DNA of 64,000 nucleotides from an uncultured Acidimicrobiales bacterium (GCA_964512645.1 CAZEJS010000001.1:64825-128824), one strand, 5' to 3'. Positions 50,810 through 60,454 are shown, counted from the first letter of the stretch. Notes: generated by a model from the sequence alone, not told the origin. Program-made: numbers and translations.

Positions 50810-50847
50810 TTTTCGCATCGGTCCCAGGGTAGTGGAGGTGGTTTTTG

Positions 50848-51717
50848 ATGGCAGCGACATCCGAGAAGTGCATCATTTCTGCGGCTCTCACGGGTGCGGC
50901 GACAAGGAAAGAGCAGAACCCCAACGTCCCCTATACGAAAGACGAATTCGTCGCGGAAGCGGTCAAGTGCTACGAGAACGGGGCGACGATCGTGCACATC
51001 CACGCGCGCGATCCCGAGACCGGCCTGCCGACCCCCGACCTCGACATCCTGGGCGGCATCGTGGAAGGCATCCGCGCCGAGTGTCCGATAATCATCAACC
51101 TGAGCACCGCCATCTCGCCGCTAGCCACCAAGGAACAGCGCATCGCGGTCATCGAAACGTTCAAGCCGGAGATGGCCTCCCTGAACACCAACAGCATGAA
51201 CTTCGCGGTCGGCGACTGGAGAGAGCACAAGGTCATCTTCGAGATAGTGTTCGAGAACACGTTCGACCAGTTGGTGTGGTACAACCGGGTAATGCGCGAG
51301 GCTGGCACCAGGCCGGAGTTCGAGATATACGACATGGGCGGCCTGTACAACGTTCTGTTCCTCAAGGAGCAGGGGATCTTCCAGGAGCCGCTCCACTTCC
51401 AGTTCGTCTTCGGCGTCCTGGGCGGCATGCCGTTCTCGACCCGAAACTACGGCCTGTTCCTGGAGGAGATCCCCGGGGACGCGACGTTCAGCTCCTGCGG
51501 AGTGGGGCCGGCCTCGTTCGCGAGCGCTTATCACGCGGCCGTCAACGGGGGCCACATACGTGTAGGGCTGGAGGACAACATCTGGATCAGCAAGGGCAAG
51601 CTCGCCGAGGGCTCCTGGGAACAGGTCGCCAAAGCGGTCGAGGTCGCGAAACTCGCCGACCGTCAGATCGCGACGGTGGACGATACCCGCGAGATGCTGG
51701 GCCTCAAGAAGGTCTGA
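50848..51717 (+). CDS. kce: BKACE-family beta-keto acid cleavage enzyme (3-keto-5-aminohexanoate cleavage enzyme-like, DUF849)
   Basis: TIM-barrel family motifs (IISAALTGA, ATIVHIHARD, HIRVGLEDN). ATG 50848 with GGAGGTG RBS (spacing 7). Confidence 0.75.
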   Translation: MAATSEKCIISAALTGAATRKEQNPNVPYTKDEFVAEAVKCYENGATIVHIHARDPETGLPTPDLDILGGIVEGIRAECPIIINLSTAISPLATKEQRIAVIETFKPEMASLNTNSMNFAVGDWREHKVIFEIVFENTFDQLVWYNRVMREAGTRPEFEIYDMGGLYNVLFLKEQGIFQEPLHFQFVFGVLGGMPFSTRNYGLFLEEIPGDATFSSCGVGPASFASAYHAAVNGGHIRVGLEDNIWISKGKLAEGSWEQVAKAVEVAKLADRQIATVDDTREMLGLKKV

Positions 51718-51767
51718 TAATCCGGCCTTCGGCCGCACGTTTCATCGAACAAGGAGGTCTGGATACT

Positions 51768-52775
51768 TTGTACGACGATCTAATCGGACTCGAGGAGGGC
51801 ATGGAAGAGCTCTTCGTCAACCCCGACGCCGACACGGCGCGGGCGCAGTTCCGCGAGAAGAACAGGGGGCTTACCAACAAGGTAATGTCCGCCGAGGAAG
51901 CGGTGAAGACCCTCATCAACGACGGGGATTACCTGGCCGTCGGGGGATTCGGGCACGTGCGGATACCCACCGCAATCCTCTACGAGGTGGTCAGGCAGGG
52001 CAAGAAGAACCTCGGGATGGCCGGCCATACGTCCATCTACGACAGCGACCTGCTGGCGACGCCCGGCCTGATGGACCGGTGCGACATCTCCTACGTCATC
52101 GGCTACGAGATCAGGGGCCTGTCCGCCAGCGCGCGACGGGCGTTCCAGAGCAAAGCGATCCGCAAGACCGACTGGTCCAACGGCGCCCTGGCCTGGAGGT
52201 TCGCCGCCGGCGCCGCCGGGCTCTCCTTCATACCCTCGAGGCACATGCTGGGCACGGACACTTTCCGGCATTCGGCCGCGAAGACCGTCGAGTGCCCGTT
52301 CACCGGACAGCGCTACTGCGCGCTGCCCGCGCTCTACCCCGACGTGGCGATAATCCACGTCCACAACGCCGACACCTACGGCAACGCGCAGATCACCGAC
52401 GGAATACTCATCTCGGACCCGATGGTGGCCCGGTGCTCCAAGCGGGTGATAATCTCCACCGAGAGGCTGATCCCGCACGAGGAGATCCGCGCCAACCCCA
52501 AGGACACCACCATCCCCTACTACTGCGTTGACGCCGTTGTCGAGCAGCCGTACGGCAGCCACCCCGGCAACATGCCCGGCGAGTACTGGTTCGACGAGGA
52601 TTTCTTCAAGCTCTACCTGAACACGGTGAAGACCGAGGAGGGGGCCGAGCAGCTCTACAAGGAGTACATCTACGACGTCGCCAGCTTCGAAGAGTACCTG
52701 GAGAAGATCGGCGGCGTAAAGAAGATGCGCGAGCTGCGCGCAATCGAGAAGGTCATCTACACCAATAACTGCTAG
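51768..52775 (+). CDS. CoA-transferase subunit A (3-oxoacid / glutaconate CoA-transferase alpha-like)
   Basis: N-terminal AEEAVKTLINDGDYLAVGGFG (family I CoA-transferase A). TTG 51768 with AAGGAGGT RBS (spacing 8). The 921-aa track ORF is artefact upstream of this point. Confidence 0.7.
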   Translation: MYDDLIGLEEGMEELFVNPDADTARAQFREKNRGLTNKVMSAEEAVKTLINDGDYLAVGGFGHVRIPTAILYEVVRQGKKNLGMAGHTSIYDSDLLATPGLMDRCDISYVIGYEIRGLSASARRAFQSKAIRKTDWSNGALAWRFAAGAAGLSFIPSRHMLGTDTFRHSAAKTVECPFTGQRYCALPALYPDVAIIHVHNADTYGNAQITDGILISDPMVARCSKRVIISTERLIPHEEIRANPKDTTIPYYCVDAVVEQPYGSHPGNMPGEYWFDEDFFKLYLNTVKTEEGAEQLYKEYIYDVASFEEYLEKIGGVKKMRELRAIEKVIYTNNC

Positions 52776-52789
52776 GAGGAGACCAGGTT

Positions 52790-53563
52790 ATGTGCGCTGA
52801 CTACAATCCCCTGGAGCTGCTGGTATGCGTCGGGTCCAGGGTGATCGAGGACAACTCGACCGTGTTCGTCGGCACGGGCGTGCCCATGGCGGCCACCATG
52901 CTGGCCCAGAAGTATCACTGCCCCAACGTAATAGCGATATTCGAAGCAGGCTCGATGGCGCCCCAGATGCCGGGACTGCCGATCTCGGTGGGAGACTCAC
53001 GTACGTCCTACAAGGCCCTGATCGCCAGCACGATGAACGACGTGTTCGAGATGTGCCAGCGCGGCATGGTCGACTACACGTTCCTCGGAGGGGCGCAGAT
53101 AGACATGTACGGCAACCTCAACAGCACCATGATCGGCGGCGACTACCAGGAGCCCAAGGTGCGCTTCCCCGGCAGCGGCGGCGCGAACGACCTCGCCAGC
53201 CTCTGCTGGAGGACGGTCGTCATCACCCCGATGGACAACCGCCGCTTCGTGGAGAAGGTGAACTTCATCACCTCGCCGGGCTACCTGAACGGGAAAGGCG
53301 CGCGTGAGAAGGCCGGGCTCCCCAAGGGCTCCGGTCCCTACAAGGTGGTGACCAACCTGTGCATCCTCGGGTACGACGAGGACACCTGCAGGATGAGGAT
53401 AGAGTCCCTGCACCCCGGCGTGACCGTCGAGGAGGTCCAGGAGAACTGCGGGTTCGAGCTGCTCGAAGCGCCGGAGCTCGAGACCACCACTCCCCCGACC
53501 GACGAGGAGTTGCGAATCCTCCGCGAGGAGGTCGACCCCGACGGCTACATCATTGGAAGGTAG
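52790..53563 (+). CDS. CoA-transferase subunit B
   Basis: Family I CoA-transferase B motifs (EAGSMAPQ.., GGAQIDMYGNLNST). Active-site Glu region (FPGSGGANDLAS). Confidence 0.75.
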   Translation: MCADYNPLELLVCVGSRVIEDNSTVFVGTGVPMAATMLAQKYHCPNVIAIFEAGSMAPQMPGLPISVGDSRTSYKALIASTMNDVFEMCQRGMVDYTFLGGAQIDMYGNLNSTMIGGDYQEPKVRFPGSGGANDLASLCWRTVVITPMDNRRFVEKVNFITSPGYLNGKGAREKAGLPKGSGPYKVVTNLCILGYDEDTCRMRIESLHPGVTVEEVQENCGFELLEAPELETTTPPTDEELRILREEVDPDGYIIGR

Positions 53564-53565
53564 CG

Positions 53566-54264
53566 ATGGAGACAGACCCGATAGTAGCGGAAGCCCTGGA
53601 AAAGGGGCTTGAATCGCTCTCGGAGCGCTCTTCGAAGCTGCTCCTGGAGAAGTACGGGATACCGGTGACCCCGGAGAAGCTCGCCGGGTCGCCCGACGAG
53701 GCCGTGGCGGCGGCTGAAGAGATCTCCTATCCGGTGGTGCTCAAGGCGGAGGGCCCGGAGATCGCCCACAAGACCGAGCGGCAGCTTGTGGCCGTCGGCC
53801 TCAAGGACGAGGCCGATGTGCGCGAAGCGTACGACACCATAACCGCCAACCTGGGCGATACCCCCTCGGACGGCATGCTCGTGCAGAAGATGATTAAGGG
53901 CGAGCGAGAGCTGGTGATCGGCCTGGTAAGGGACCCCCAGTTCGGGCCATGCGTGATGTTCGGCCTGGGAGGCATCTTCACCGAAATACTCAAGGACACC
54001 TCCTTCAGGGTCGCCCCCATAACCGAGGACGACGCGCTACAGATGATGGACGACATCCGCGCCAGTGCCATCCTCGGCCCGGTCCGCGGGATGAAGCCCG
54101 CGAACAGGGAGAAGCTCGCCCGGGCGCTCGTCGGGCTGGGCAGGATTGGCATGGAGCAGGACTACGTGGGCGAGATAGACGTGAACCCCCTGATCGTCGA
54201 CGGCGAAGGCGAACCGGTCGCGGTTGACGCGCTGGTGGTCCTGGCGAGGCCCTCCGCGCAATGA
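53566..54264 (+). CDS. ATP-grasp domain protein; beta subunit of ADP-forming acyl-CoA synthetase
   Basis: ATP-grasp fold markers (LLEKYGIPV, YPVVLKAEGPEIAHKTE, LVQKMIKGERELVIGLVRDPQFGP, EIDVNPLIV). ~232 aa. Confidence 0.7.
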   Translation: METDPIVAEALEKGLESLSERSSKLLLEKYGIPVTPEKLAGSPDEAVAAAEEISYPVVLKAEGPEIAHKTERQLVAVGLKDEADVREAYDTITANLGDTPSDGMLVQKMIKGERELVIGLVRDPQFGPCVMFGLGGIFTEILKDTSFRVAPITEDDALQMMDDIRASAILGPVRGMKPANREKLARALVGLGRIGMEQDYVGEIDVNPLIVDGEGEPVAVDALVVLARPSAQ

Positions 54265-54998
54265 CCGACGAGAAGCCCGCGGATGCGCCCCCGCCCGGGG
54301 GACCGAAGAAGAAAAAGCTCTCCACCCGCTGGAAAGTGGTCATAGGGGTAGTCGCCGCCCTCCTGGCGCTCTGGATTGCGAGCGAGATCGTCGTCCCCCG
54401 TGTGGCGTCCTCCTACGTGGAAAACAAGATACGCAGCAAGTATCCCGAGGCTGAGAGCGTCTCCGTCTCCATCAGCGCCTTCCCCGCCGCCAGACTGGCG
54501 TTCAAGAACTACTCGAAGCTCACGGTGAAAGTCCGCGGCGTGACCCTCGAGGACATCAACTTCCACTCCATCGCCCTGAAGAGCCGGAAGTGGCCCGAAG
54601 GCACGTTCGCCGCCACCGTGCTGCCCGCGGAGATGATGAGGTTCTTTTCGGCCACCCACTCCTACGTGCAGCAGCCGGCGCTCTCCCTCGAGGGGGACGC
54701 CATCAAGGTCACCGGCAGGATAGACGTCGGCTACGCCACGGTGGACGTCGTCGCGACGGGGAACCTGGAGTCCAGACAGGGAAAGCAGATATTTTTCGTC
54801 CCCGACAACGTAGCGACAGGGGGCGTGGTCAACAAGGCGAAAGCCGAGGCCGCCGTGAGGGAGACCATGGCGGCCGGCCCCGTCTTCGTCGTCAGGTCAG
54901 ACTTGCCGTTCGACGTCACATCCATCGCCGCCGCTGGCGGACGACTCCGGGTCGCGGGGACCGTCGACCTCTCCAGGGCGCTCAACGTCAAGCTCTGA
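54261..54998 (+). CDS. Hypothetical membrane-anchored protein (possibly DUF2993/LmeA-like)
   Basis: N-terminal Lys-rich segment then a single TM (WKVVIGVVAALLALWIASEIVV). The beta-rich remainder has no motif I can assign confidently. Confidence 0.4.
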   Translation: MTDEKPADAPPPGGPKKKKLSTRWKVVIGVVAALLALWIASEIVVPRVASSYVENKIRSKYPEAESVSVSISAFPAARLAFKNYSKLTVKVRGVTLEDINFHSIALKSRKWPEGTFAATVLPAEMMRFFSATHSYVQQPALSLEGDAIKVTGRIDVGYATVDVVATGNLESRQGKQIFFVPDNVATGGVVNKAKAEAAVRETMAAGPVFVVRSDLPFDVTSIAAAGGRLRVAGTVDLSRALNVKL

Positions 54999-55112
54999 AG
55001 CCCGAACGCCGCCGGGCCCGGGGATCCCGGTGGAAAAGATGCCCGCCGCACCTTCAATTCCGGTGTGAATTCAATATAATGATGTGGTCCGTACCGTAGG
55101 CGGGAGGCGACT

Positions 55113-56480
55113 TTGAGCGATACCAAGGCCGGGAACATGGGGTCGGCGTCGCACCTGGGCGAAGCGCAGGTGCCGAGGGATGCCCACTTCGTATACGACT
55201 ACACGCGCCGCAGGGTCCCGTTACCGGTGACGTCTTACATGGCCGTCGCCGATTCGCCCGGCGACGCCCCCGGCGCCGAGAACCCCGCCAGGAAGGCCCT
55301 CGACAGGTTGCGCGACCTCGTCGAGCCGGCGGTGATCGCCGAGGAAGAACTCAACAGCCAGTACATGGAGAGCTTCATCCGCGAGAGCCTGTCGAGGATC
55401 AACACCGAGTTCTTCGAGGCCGCGCAGGCGGAGGCGAACGCGAAGCCCCTGGCGTCACTCACCCTGGCCATGGCGGACGCCAGGCGCGCCTACATCGGCC
55501 ACGTGGGCACCTCGAGGGTGTACCTCCTCCACTCGGGCAGGCTCTACGACCTGACCCCGACGCCCGTCGGGACCGTGGACGCCTCGACCCCGGCCCCGCC
55601 ACCCCCCGAAGGCCAGGACAGCCTGCCGTTGTTCCCCCAGCCCGACACCGGGGCGGAACCCACCGAGGCGCCCGCCGCCGGGCTTCCCGGCAGCTACCTG
55701 GGCCAGGAGGCGCTGGCGGCCATCGGGTACAACGAAGTCGAGATCGTGCCGGGCGACGTCATAACCCTGGTCACCGACGGCCTTTGGAGGGCGATAACCG
55801 AGGAAGAACTGGTGGAGAGCCTGCTCTCGGCAATGAACGTCCAGCGAAGCTGCAGTCAGCTGGTGCGGCTCGCCTTCAGCAGGGACGCCTCGGACAACGC
55901 GACAATGGCCGCGTGGCAGTACGTCGTCGGCGGCAAGGACGAAGTCATCCACGAGCCCAGGGCGGCCGTCAAGGCCGCCGCCCGGGAGAAGACCAGGGCC
56001 CGCGCCGCCGAGGGCATACTCGTCGCCCTCCTGGCGCTGGTGCTGCTGGGTATCTTCACCGTGGGATTCGCTTTCGGCTGGCGCATCACCGACACTTTCA
56101 GGAAGCCGGCCAAGGAGAAGGCGCGCAAAGAAGCCGCGGCCAAAGAGAAGAAAGCGCAATCCTCTCAGCCGCGGGGTTCCACGCCCCAGGGCACCACGCC
56201 CCAGGGCACCACGCCCCAGGGTACGGCTCCCCAGGGTACGGCTCCCGCGGGGGCCAACCGGAACGCGACCATCAAGGGGGACGGGGTCAGGATGAGGGCC
56301 GCCGCCGACCCGCGAGGAGACATAGTGGGGCTGTTCAAGAACGGCGACAGGGTCGTGATACTCGGCGATGTGGTCGGCACCGACGGCCTGGCCTGGTCCA
56401 GGGTCTCGGGGACCGTGACCTCCTCGGGGCAGACCAAGACCGCGGAGGGTTTCGTCAGGAACGATTTCCTGGTGAAATAG
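55113..56480 (+). CDS. PP2C-family Ser/Thr phosphatase fused to TM segment, TPQGT repeat linker and C-terminal bacterial SH3 domain
   Basis: PP2C-like motifs (ADARRAYIGHVGTSRVYL, VITLVTDGLW, SDNATMAAWQY). TM LVALLALVLLGIFTVGFAFGW. Five 5-aa repeats (TPQGT x3 then APQGT x2, GTTPQG-type periodicity) encoded by ~4 copies of a 15-bp DNA unit. SH3b-like GDRVVILGDVVGTDGLAWSRV. TTG 55113 with GGGAGG RBS. Confidence 0.65.
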   Translation: MSDTKAGNMGSASHLGEAQVPRDAHFVYDYTRRRVPLPVTSYMAVADSPGDAPGAENPARKALDRLRDLVEPAVIAEEELNSQYMESFIRESLSRINTEFFEAAQAEANAKPLASLTLAMADARRAYIGHVGTSRVYLLHSGRLYDLTPTPVGTVDASTPAPPPPEGQDSLPLFPQPDTGAEPTEAPAAGLPGSYLGQEALAAIGYNEVEIVPGDVITLVTDGLWRAITEEELVESLLSAMNVQRSCSQLVRLAFSRDASDNATMAAWQYVVGGKDEVIHEPRAAVKAAAREKTRARAAEGILVALLALVLLGIFTVGFAFGWRITDTFRKPAKEKARKEAAAKEKKAQSSQPRGSTPQGTTPQGTTPQGTAPQGTAPAGANRNATIKGDGVRMRAAADPRGDIVGLFKNGDRVVILGDVVGTDGLAWSRVSGTVTSSGQTKTAEGFVRNDFLVK

Positions 56481-56516
56481 CAACTGCCCCGCCGCCCGGA
56501 TCCCGGGCGTGGCGCT

Positions 56517-56732
56517 TCAGATGAAGATGCCCAGGACGGCCCCGACCGCCATCCCCGCGAAAAACACCCCGAAGATTATCAGAAGCGCAGTGGTGAGCTT
56601 CCGTTTGACCTGGGGTTCCTGCTGGAGCAGCGGCAGCTGCAACTCGAAACCCGGCTGCTGCGCCGGGTTGACCCTGGCAACCTCGGCCCCGTGGATGAAC
56701 CCGGGCGCCGCCCTGTCTTCCGTGCCGTTCAT
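56517..56732 (-). CDS. Small hypothetical membrane protein (~71 aa)
   Basis: C-terminal hydrophobic helix LLIIFGVFFAGMAVGAVLGIFI. Start and expression uncertain. Confidence 0.25.
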   Translation of the reverse strand: MNGTEDRAAPGFIHGAEVARVNPAQQPGFELQLPLLQQEPQVKRKLTTALLIIFGVFFAGMAVGAVLGIFI

Positions 56733-56749
56733 GCCACCTGCATTCCTCG

Positions 56750-57814
56750 TCAGTACTTGAGTTCCTCCAGGTCCTCGCCGGAAAGGTCGAGGATGAAGCC
56801 TTCGACAAGCGCGCCGACCACCCCGACCTTTTCGGCCGAGACGCTCGTGTAGGCGTTGTCGGTGTTCAGCGTGCCGTCCCTGTCGCACCATTCGACCCAG
56901 ACCGCGGGGATCTGGGAATTCTCGAACGGGATATTATCACTATCCGCTGTCGATTTGATATAGGTGAGGCCCACATTTTTCCCGGCCGCGTAAGTCGAGA
57001 GCTTGTCCTTGAGCCTCTGCAGCCCGGTACCCTGCGTCCTCAGGGCCAGGACATCCCCCTGCCCGATGCAGTCAAGGGCGATGAAACCGATTATCTCCTT
57101 CTTCTCCAGCGAGCCGGTGAGGTCGATGAACCTCCGGGAGCCCGCCAGCCTCTCCTGGTGCTCGCCCACCCCCGGCCTGTTGGCGCCGAAAAACACGAAT
57201 TGCAGCGTCGGCTGCAGCTTCCTGCCGGAGAAATCGCGGGCCAGCTCCAGCAGCGCCCCGACCCCGGATGCGTCGTCCACGGCTCCCCTGCTGCCGGGGG
57301 AGCTGTCGTAATGCGCGCCGATGACCAGGGTGTAGCCCTCCTTGGTACCCCGGCGCGTGCCGACCACGTTGCGCGAGCCGAACCCCTCGGCCGTGCTGAA
57401 CGGCTGCTCCTCCACCGTGTAGCCGAACTCGCCCAGGCGCGCCACGATGTAGTCGGCGGCGGATGACTCCTTCAGCGAGCCGGCCGGGCGGGGTCCGATC
57501 TGGTCGCTCAGGACAAACGTGTGCTCCATCGCCAGGGCAGCCGTGAACCGGGTCGCAGAAAGGGCACGCTCCCGGCGCGCCCGTTCGCCGGCAGCGGGAG
57601 CGCTCCTGGCCGGGGTGGTGCGCGAAGCCGAATGCGCGGGGCTCTTCGGCGCGGGCTTTCCGAACAGCAGGTTCCCACCGACGCCGGCGGCAAGACCCAG
57701 CACGAGCACGGAAGCCACGAGGAGCGCGATGCGCCTTGCCTTCTTACGCCTGGACCTGACCTTCTCCAGGCGGCTCTCGCCGTTTTCCACCAGGTTCTCA
57801 CCCTCGAGAGGCAC
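56750..57814 (-). CDS. M28-family (aminopeptidase-like) metallopeptidase, membrane anchored
   Basis: M28 Zn-ligand motifs (IGAHYDS, VDDASGVGALLELA, ALDCIG). N-terminal TM IALLVASVLVLGLAAGV. Confidence 0.7.
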   Translation of the reverse strand: MPLEGENLVENGESRLEKVRSRRKKARRIALLVASVLVLGLAAGVGGNLLFGKPAPKSPAHSASRTTPARSAPAAGERARRERALSATRFTAALAMEHTFVLSDQIGPRPAGSLKESSAADYIVARLGEFGYTVEEQPFSTAEGFGSRNVVGTRRGTKEGYTLVIGAHYDSSPGSRGAVDDASGVGALLELARDFSGRKLQPTLQFVFFGANRPGVGEHQERLAGSRRFIDLTGSLEKKEIIGFIALDCIGQGDVLALRTQGTGLQRLKDKLSTYAAGKNVGLTYIKSTADSDNIPFENSQIPAVWVEWCDRDGTLNTDNAYTSVSAEKVGVVGALVEGFILDLSGEDLEELKY

Positions 57815-57983
57815 GGGGCCTCGTTTTCTCTGAAGCGCTTCGCGTGACTATACCAGAAAAGGGCTCCCGCGCGCTTTCCGTTTCCTCCGCCAGACATCGG
57901 AGATACGGACGAACGGCGGAAGGAGCGTGTTCCACCCCCCCCCCGGCGTGATGGGGCCCGAGGCGCGGGCCCCGCGGGAGTCG

Positions 57984-59087
57984 ATGGCGGCAGCGCCCCG
58001 GGTCTGTTGTAATATACCCGGAGAAAGGAGCGAGTTGGCCAGAGTCTGCATCAAGGGTTTTCCCCACCGGCCCGGAGGCCACTGCGGCAGCACCGCAATG
58101 CGGGACGTGCTGGCGTTCTACGGGCACGACCTGAGCGAGGAGATGGTCTTCGGCCTCGGTTCGGGGATCGATTTCCTTTACGTCGAGCGCCCAGGGATGG
58201 AACCGCCCGTCCACATCGGCGGGCGCACGGCCGACCTCGAGCAGAACCTCTGCGACCGCCTGGGGATCCGCATGGAGGTCGTATCGGGCCGGGACGCGGA
58301 GCAGGGCTGGCTGGACGTGAAGTCGCTTCTCGACCGGGGAACCCCGGTTATCGTCCACGCCGACGTGTTCCACCTCGACTACTTACGGGCCAGGCGCCAC
58401 TTCAGCGCCCACCGGATCGTTATCCTCGGCTACGACGAGGAAAAAGGCGTCGCGTACGTCGGCGACAACGATCGAGACGAAGTACAGGAGTGCTCGCTGG
58501 CGAGCCTGGCGCGCGCGCGGTCCTCGGAATGGCTGCCGGCGCCCGCGGACCAGGCGTACTACCTCCTGTCGGTGCCCGCCGTCTTGACGCCGGTCGAAGT
58601 CGCCATCGTCCCCGCGGTCGAGGAGGCGGTGCGGCACAACATCCGGCTGTCGCCGGGGCATGCCTCGTTCGAAGCCAAAGGGGCCAGGGTAGCCCTGGGG
58701 ATGGCGGGGGTCCGTGCCTTCGCCGACGCGCTGCCCTCCTACCCCGGGTCGATGACCGAAGAGATGCTCAGCGCCACCTGCAGGAACATCTACGTCAGCG
58801 CCGAGAAAGGCGGGACGGGATACGGCGGGAACTTCCGCCGCATGTACGGCAGGTTCCTCATCGAGGCCGCCCGGTTCGAGGGCTTCGGCGAGCTGGCGGC
58901 CGTCGGCCGCGAGTTCGTGGAGATAGGAGACCTCTGGACAAGGATGGCTCTGGTGTTCAAAGAGCTGTCCGGAGATGGGGAGAAGGCCGTCGCCGAGGCT
59001 CATCCGCTGGCTGTCGAAGCCGCGGAGCGAGAGGGCGCCGCGTTCGAGGACCTTGCCCGTATAACCGGAGATTGGGGCGCGGGGTGA
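57984..59087 (+). CDS. BtrH_N / DUF4872-domain protein (papain-like fold, butirosin BtrH-like)
   Basis: PGGHCGSTAMRDVLAFYGHDLSEEMVFGLGSGIDF resembles the BtrH N-terminal domain with its catalytic-Cys position. The start is ambiguous (ATG 57984 or TTG 58036). Confidence 0.5.
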   Translation: MAAAPRVCCNIPGERSELARVCIKGFPHRPGGHCGSTAMRDVLAFYGHDLSEEMVFGLGSGIDFLYVERPGMEPPVHIGGRTADLEQNLCDRLGIRMEVVSGRDAEQGWLDVKSLLDRGTPVIVHADVFHLDYLRARRHFSAHRIVILGYDEEKGVAYVGDNDRDEVQECSLASLARARSSEWLPAPADQAYYLLSVPAVLTPVEVAIVPAVEEAVRHNIRLSPGHASFEAKGARVALGMAGVRAFADALPSYPGSMTEEMLSATCRNIYVSAEKGGTGYGGNFRRMYGRFLIEAARFEGFGELAAVGREFVEIGDLWTRMALVFKELSGDGEKAVAEAHPLAVEAAEREGAAFEDLARITGDWGAG

Positions 59088-60442
59088 GCCGCGAAGAGAG
59101 CCTTTTCGACAGGCCGGAGGCGTCGATGGAGGGCACCCCGCTCGCCGAGCGGATGCGCCCGCGCACGCTGGCGGATTTCGTCGGGCAGGATGAAATAGTG
59201 GGGCCCGGCCGGCCCCTCAGGCTCGCCATCGAGGAGGACCGGGTCTCCTCGATGATACTGTGGGGGCCGCCCGGCTCGGGGAAGACCACGCTGGCGAGGA
59301 TAATCGCCGGGGCCACCGAGTCGGAGTTCGTGCGGTTCAGCGCGGTGACCTCGGGGGTGCCGGAGCTGCGCAAGGTCATCGCGGCCGCCAGGGACGCCCG
59401 CAGGTACAACGACCGGCGCACGATACTGTTCGTCGATGAAATCCACCGCTTCAACAAAGCCCAGCAGGACGCCTTCCTGCCCCACGTGGAGGACGGCACG
59501 ATAACCCTCATCGGGGCCACCACCGAGAACCCCTCCTTCGAGGTCATCTCCCCGCTTCTCTCGCGGGTCAGGGTTTACGTGCTCCGGCAGCTCGAGCCCG
59601 AACACCTGAGCGCGATAGTCCGCCGGTCCCTGGCCGACCCGGAAAACGGTCCGGGGACAGCGGGCACGGGCATCGACGAGGACGCGCTCGGGGCGATCGC
59701 CGGGATCGCCGACGGGGACGCCCGCATCGCCCTCAACGTCGTGGAGCTTGCCTCCTTTCTCGCGGCGGAACGGAACCTGGAGAGGATCGACCTCGAGACC
59801 GTCATCGAGGTCGCCCAGGAGAAGACGATCCTTTACGACAAGGGCGGCGAGGAGCACTTCAACCTTATCAGCGCGCTGCACAAATCGCTCAGGGACTCCG
59901 ACCCCGACGGCGGCCTCTACTGGCTGGGAAGGATGCTCGAGTCGGGAGAGGACCCGCTTTACATCGTGCGCAGGCTCATCAGGTTCGCGTCCGAGGATGT
60001 GGGCAACGCCGACCCGCGGGCGCTTTCCGTCTGCGTGGACGCCATGCGGGCCTGCCACTTCATCGGAATGCCGGAGTGCGATCTCGCGCTCGCCCAGGCG
60101 GTCACCTACCTCGCCGCCGCGCCCAAGAGCAACTCGCTGTACGCGGCGTACGGTGAAGTCAAGTCGGACGTCAGGAAGCACGGGGCACTGCCGGTGCCCC
60201 TCCATATCCGCAACGCGCCCACACGCCTGATGAAGGATATGGGCTACGGCAGGGGATACAAGTACGCCCACAGCTACCCCGGCCACATCGTCCGGCAGGA
60301 GCACCTTCCGGACAAGCTCGCCGGGAGGACCTATTACCACCCCGGCGACCAGGGTTTCGAGAAGGATATAGCCTCGAGGCTCGCCGCCCGCCGGGAGGAG
60401 CTTTCCAGGAGGCTCGATGACGACGGGAAAGACAGCGACTGA
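59084..60442 (+). CDS. rarA: Replication-associated recombination protein A (RarA/MgsA, AAA+ ATPase)
   Basis: Walker A GPPGSGKTTLA, Walker B ILFVDEIHRFNK, sensor and arginine-finger regions, MgsA C-terminal domain. GTG 59084 overlapping the upstream stop. Confidence 0.85.
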   Translation: MSREESLFDRPEASMEGTPLAERMRPRTLADFVGQDEIVGPGRPLRLAIEEDRVSSMILWGPPGSGKTTLARIIAGATESEFVRFSAVTSGVPELRKVIAAARDARRYNDRRTILFVDEIHRFNKAQQDAFLPHVEDGTITLIGATTENPSFEVISPLLSRVRVYVLRQLEPEHLSAIVRRSLADPENGPGTAGTGIDEDALGAIAGIADGDARIALNVVELASFLAAERNLERIDLETVIEVAQEKTILYDKGGEEHFNLISALHKSLRDSDPDGGLYWLGRMLESGEDPLYIVRRLIRFASEDVGNADPRALSVCVDAMRACHFIGMPECDLALAQAVTYLAAAPKSNSLYAAYGEVKSDVRKHGALPVPLHIRNAPTRLMKDMGYGRGYKYAHSYPGHIVRQEHLPDKLAGRTYYHPGDQGFEKDIASRLAARREELSRRLDDDGKDSD

Positions 60443-60454
60443 CGGGAGGCGCGC

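Noticed and set aside
50010-52775. 921-aa plus-strand ORF
   Set aside because: Only its last ~335 codons (from TTG 51768 with an AAGGAGG RBS) match CoA-transferase subunit A. The upstream 1.7 kb runs antisense through nrdJ and in the wrong frame through the kce region, so it is an artefactual extension.
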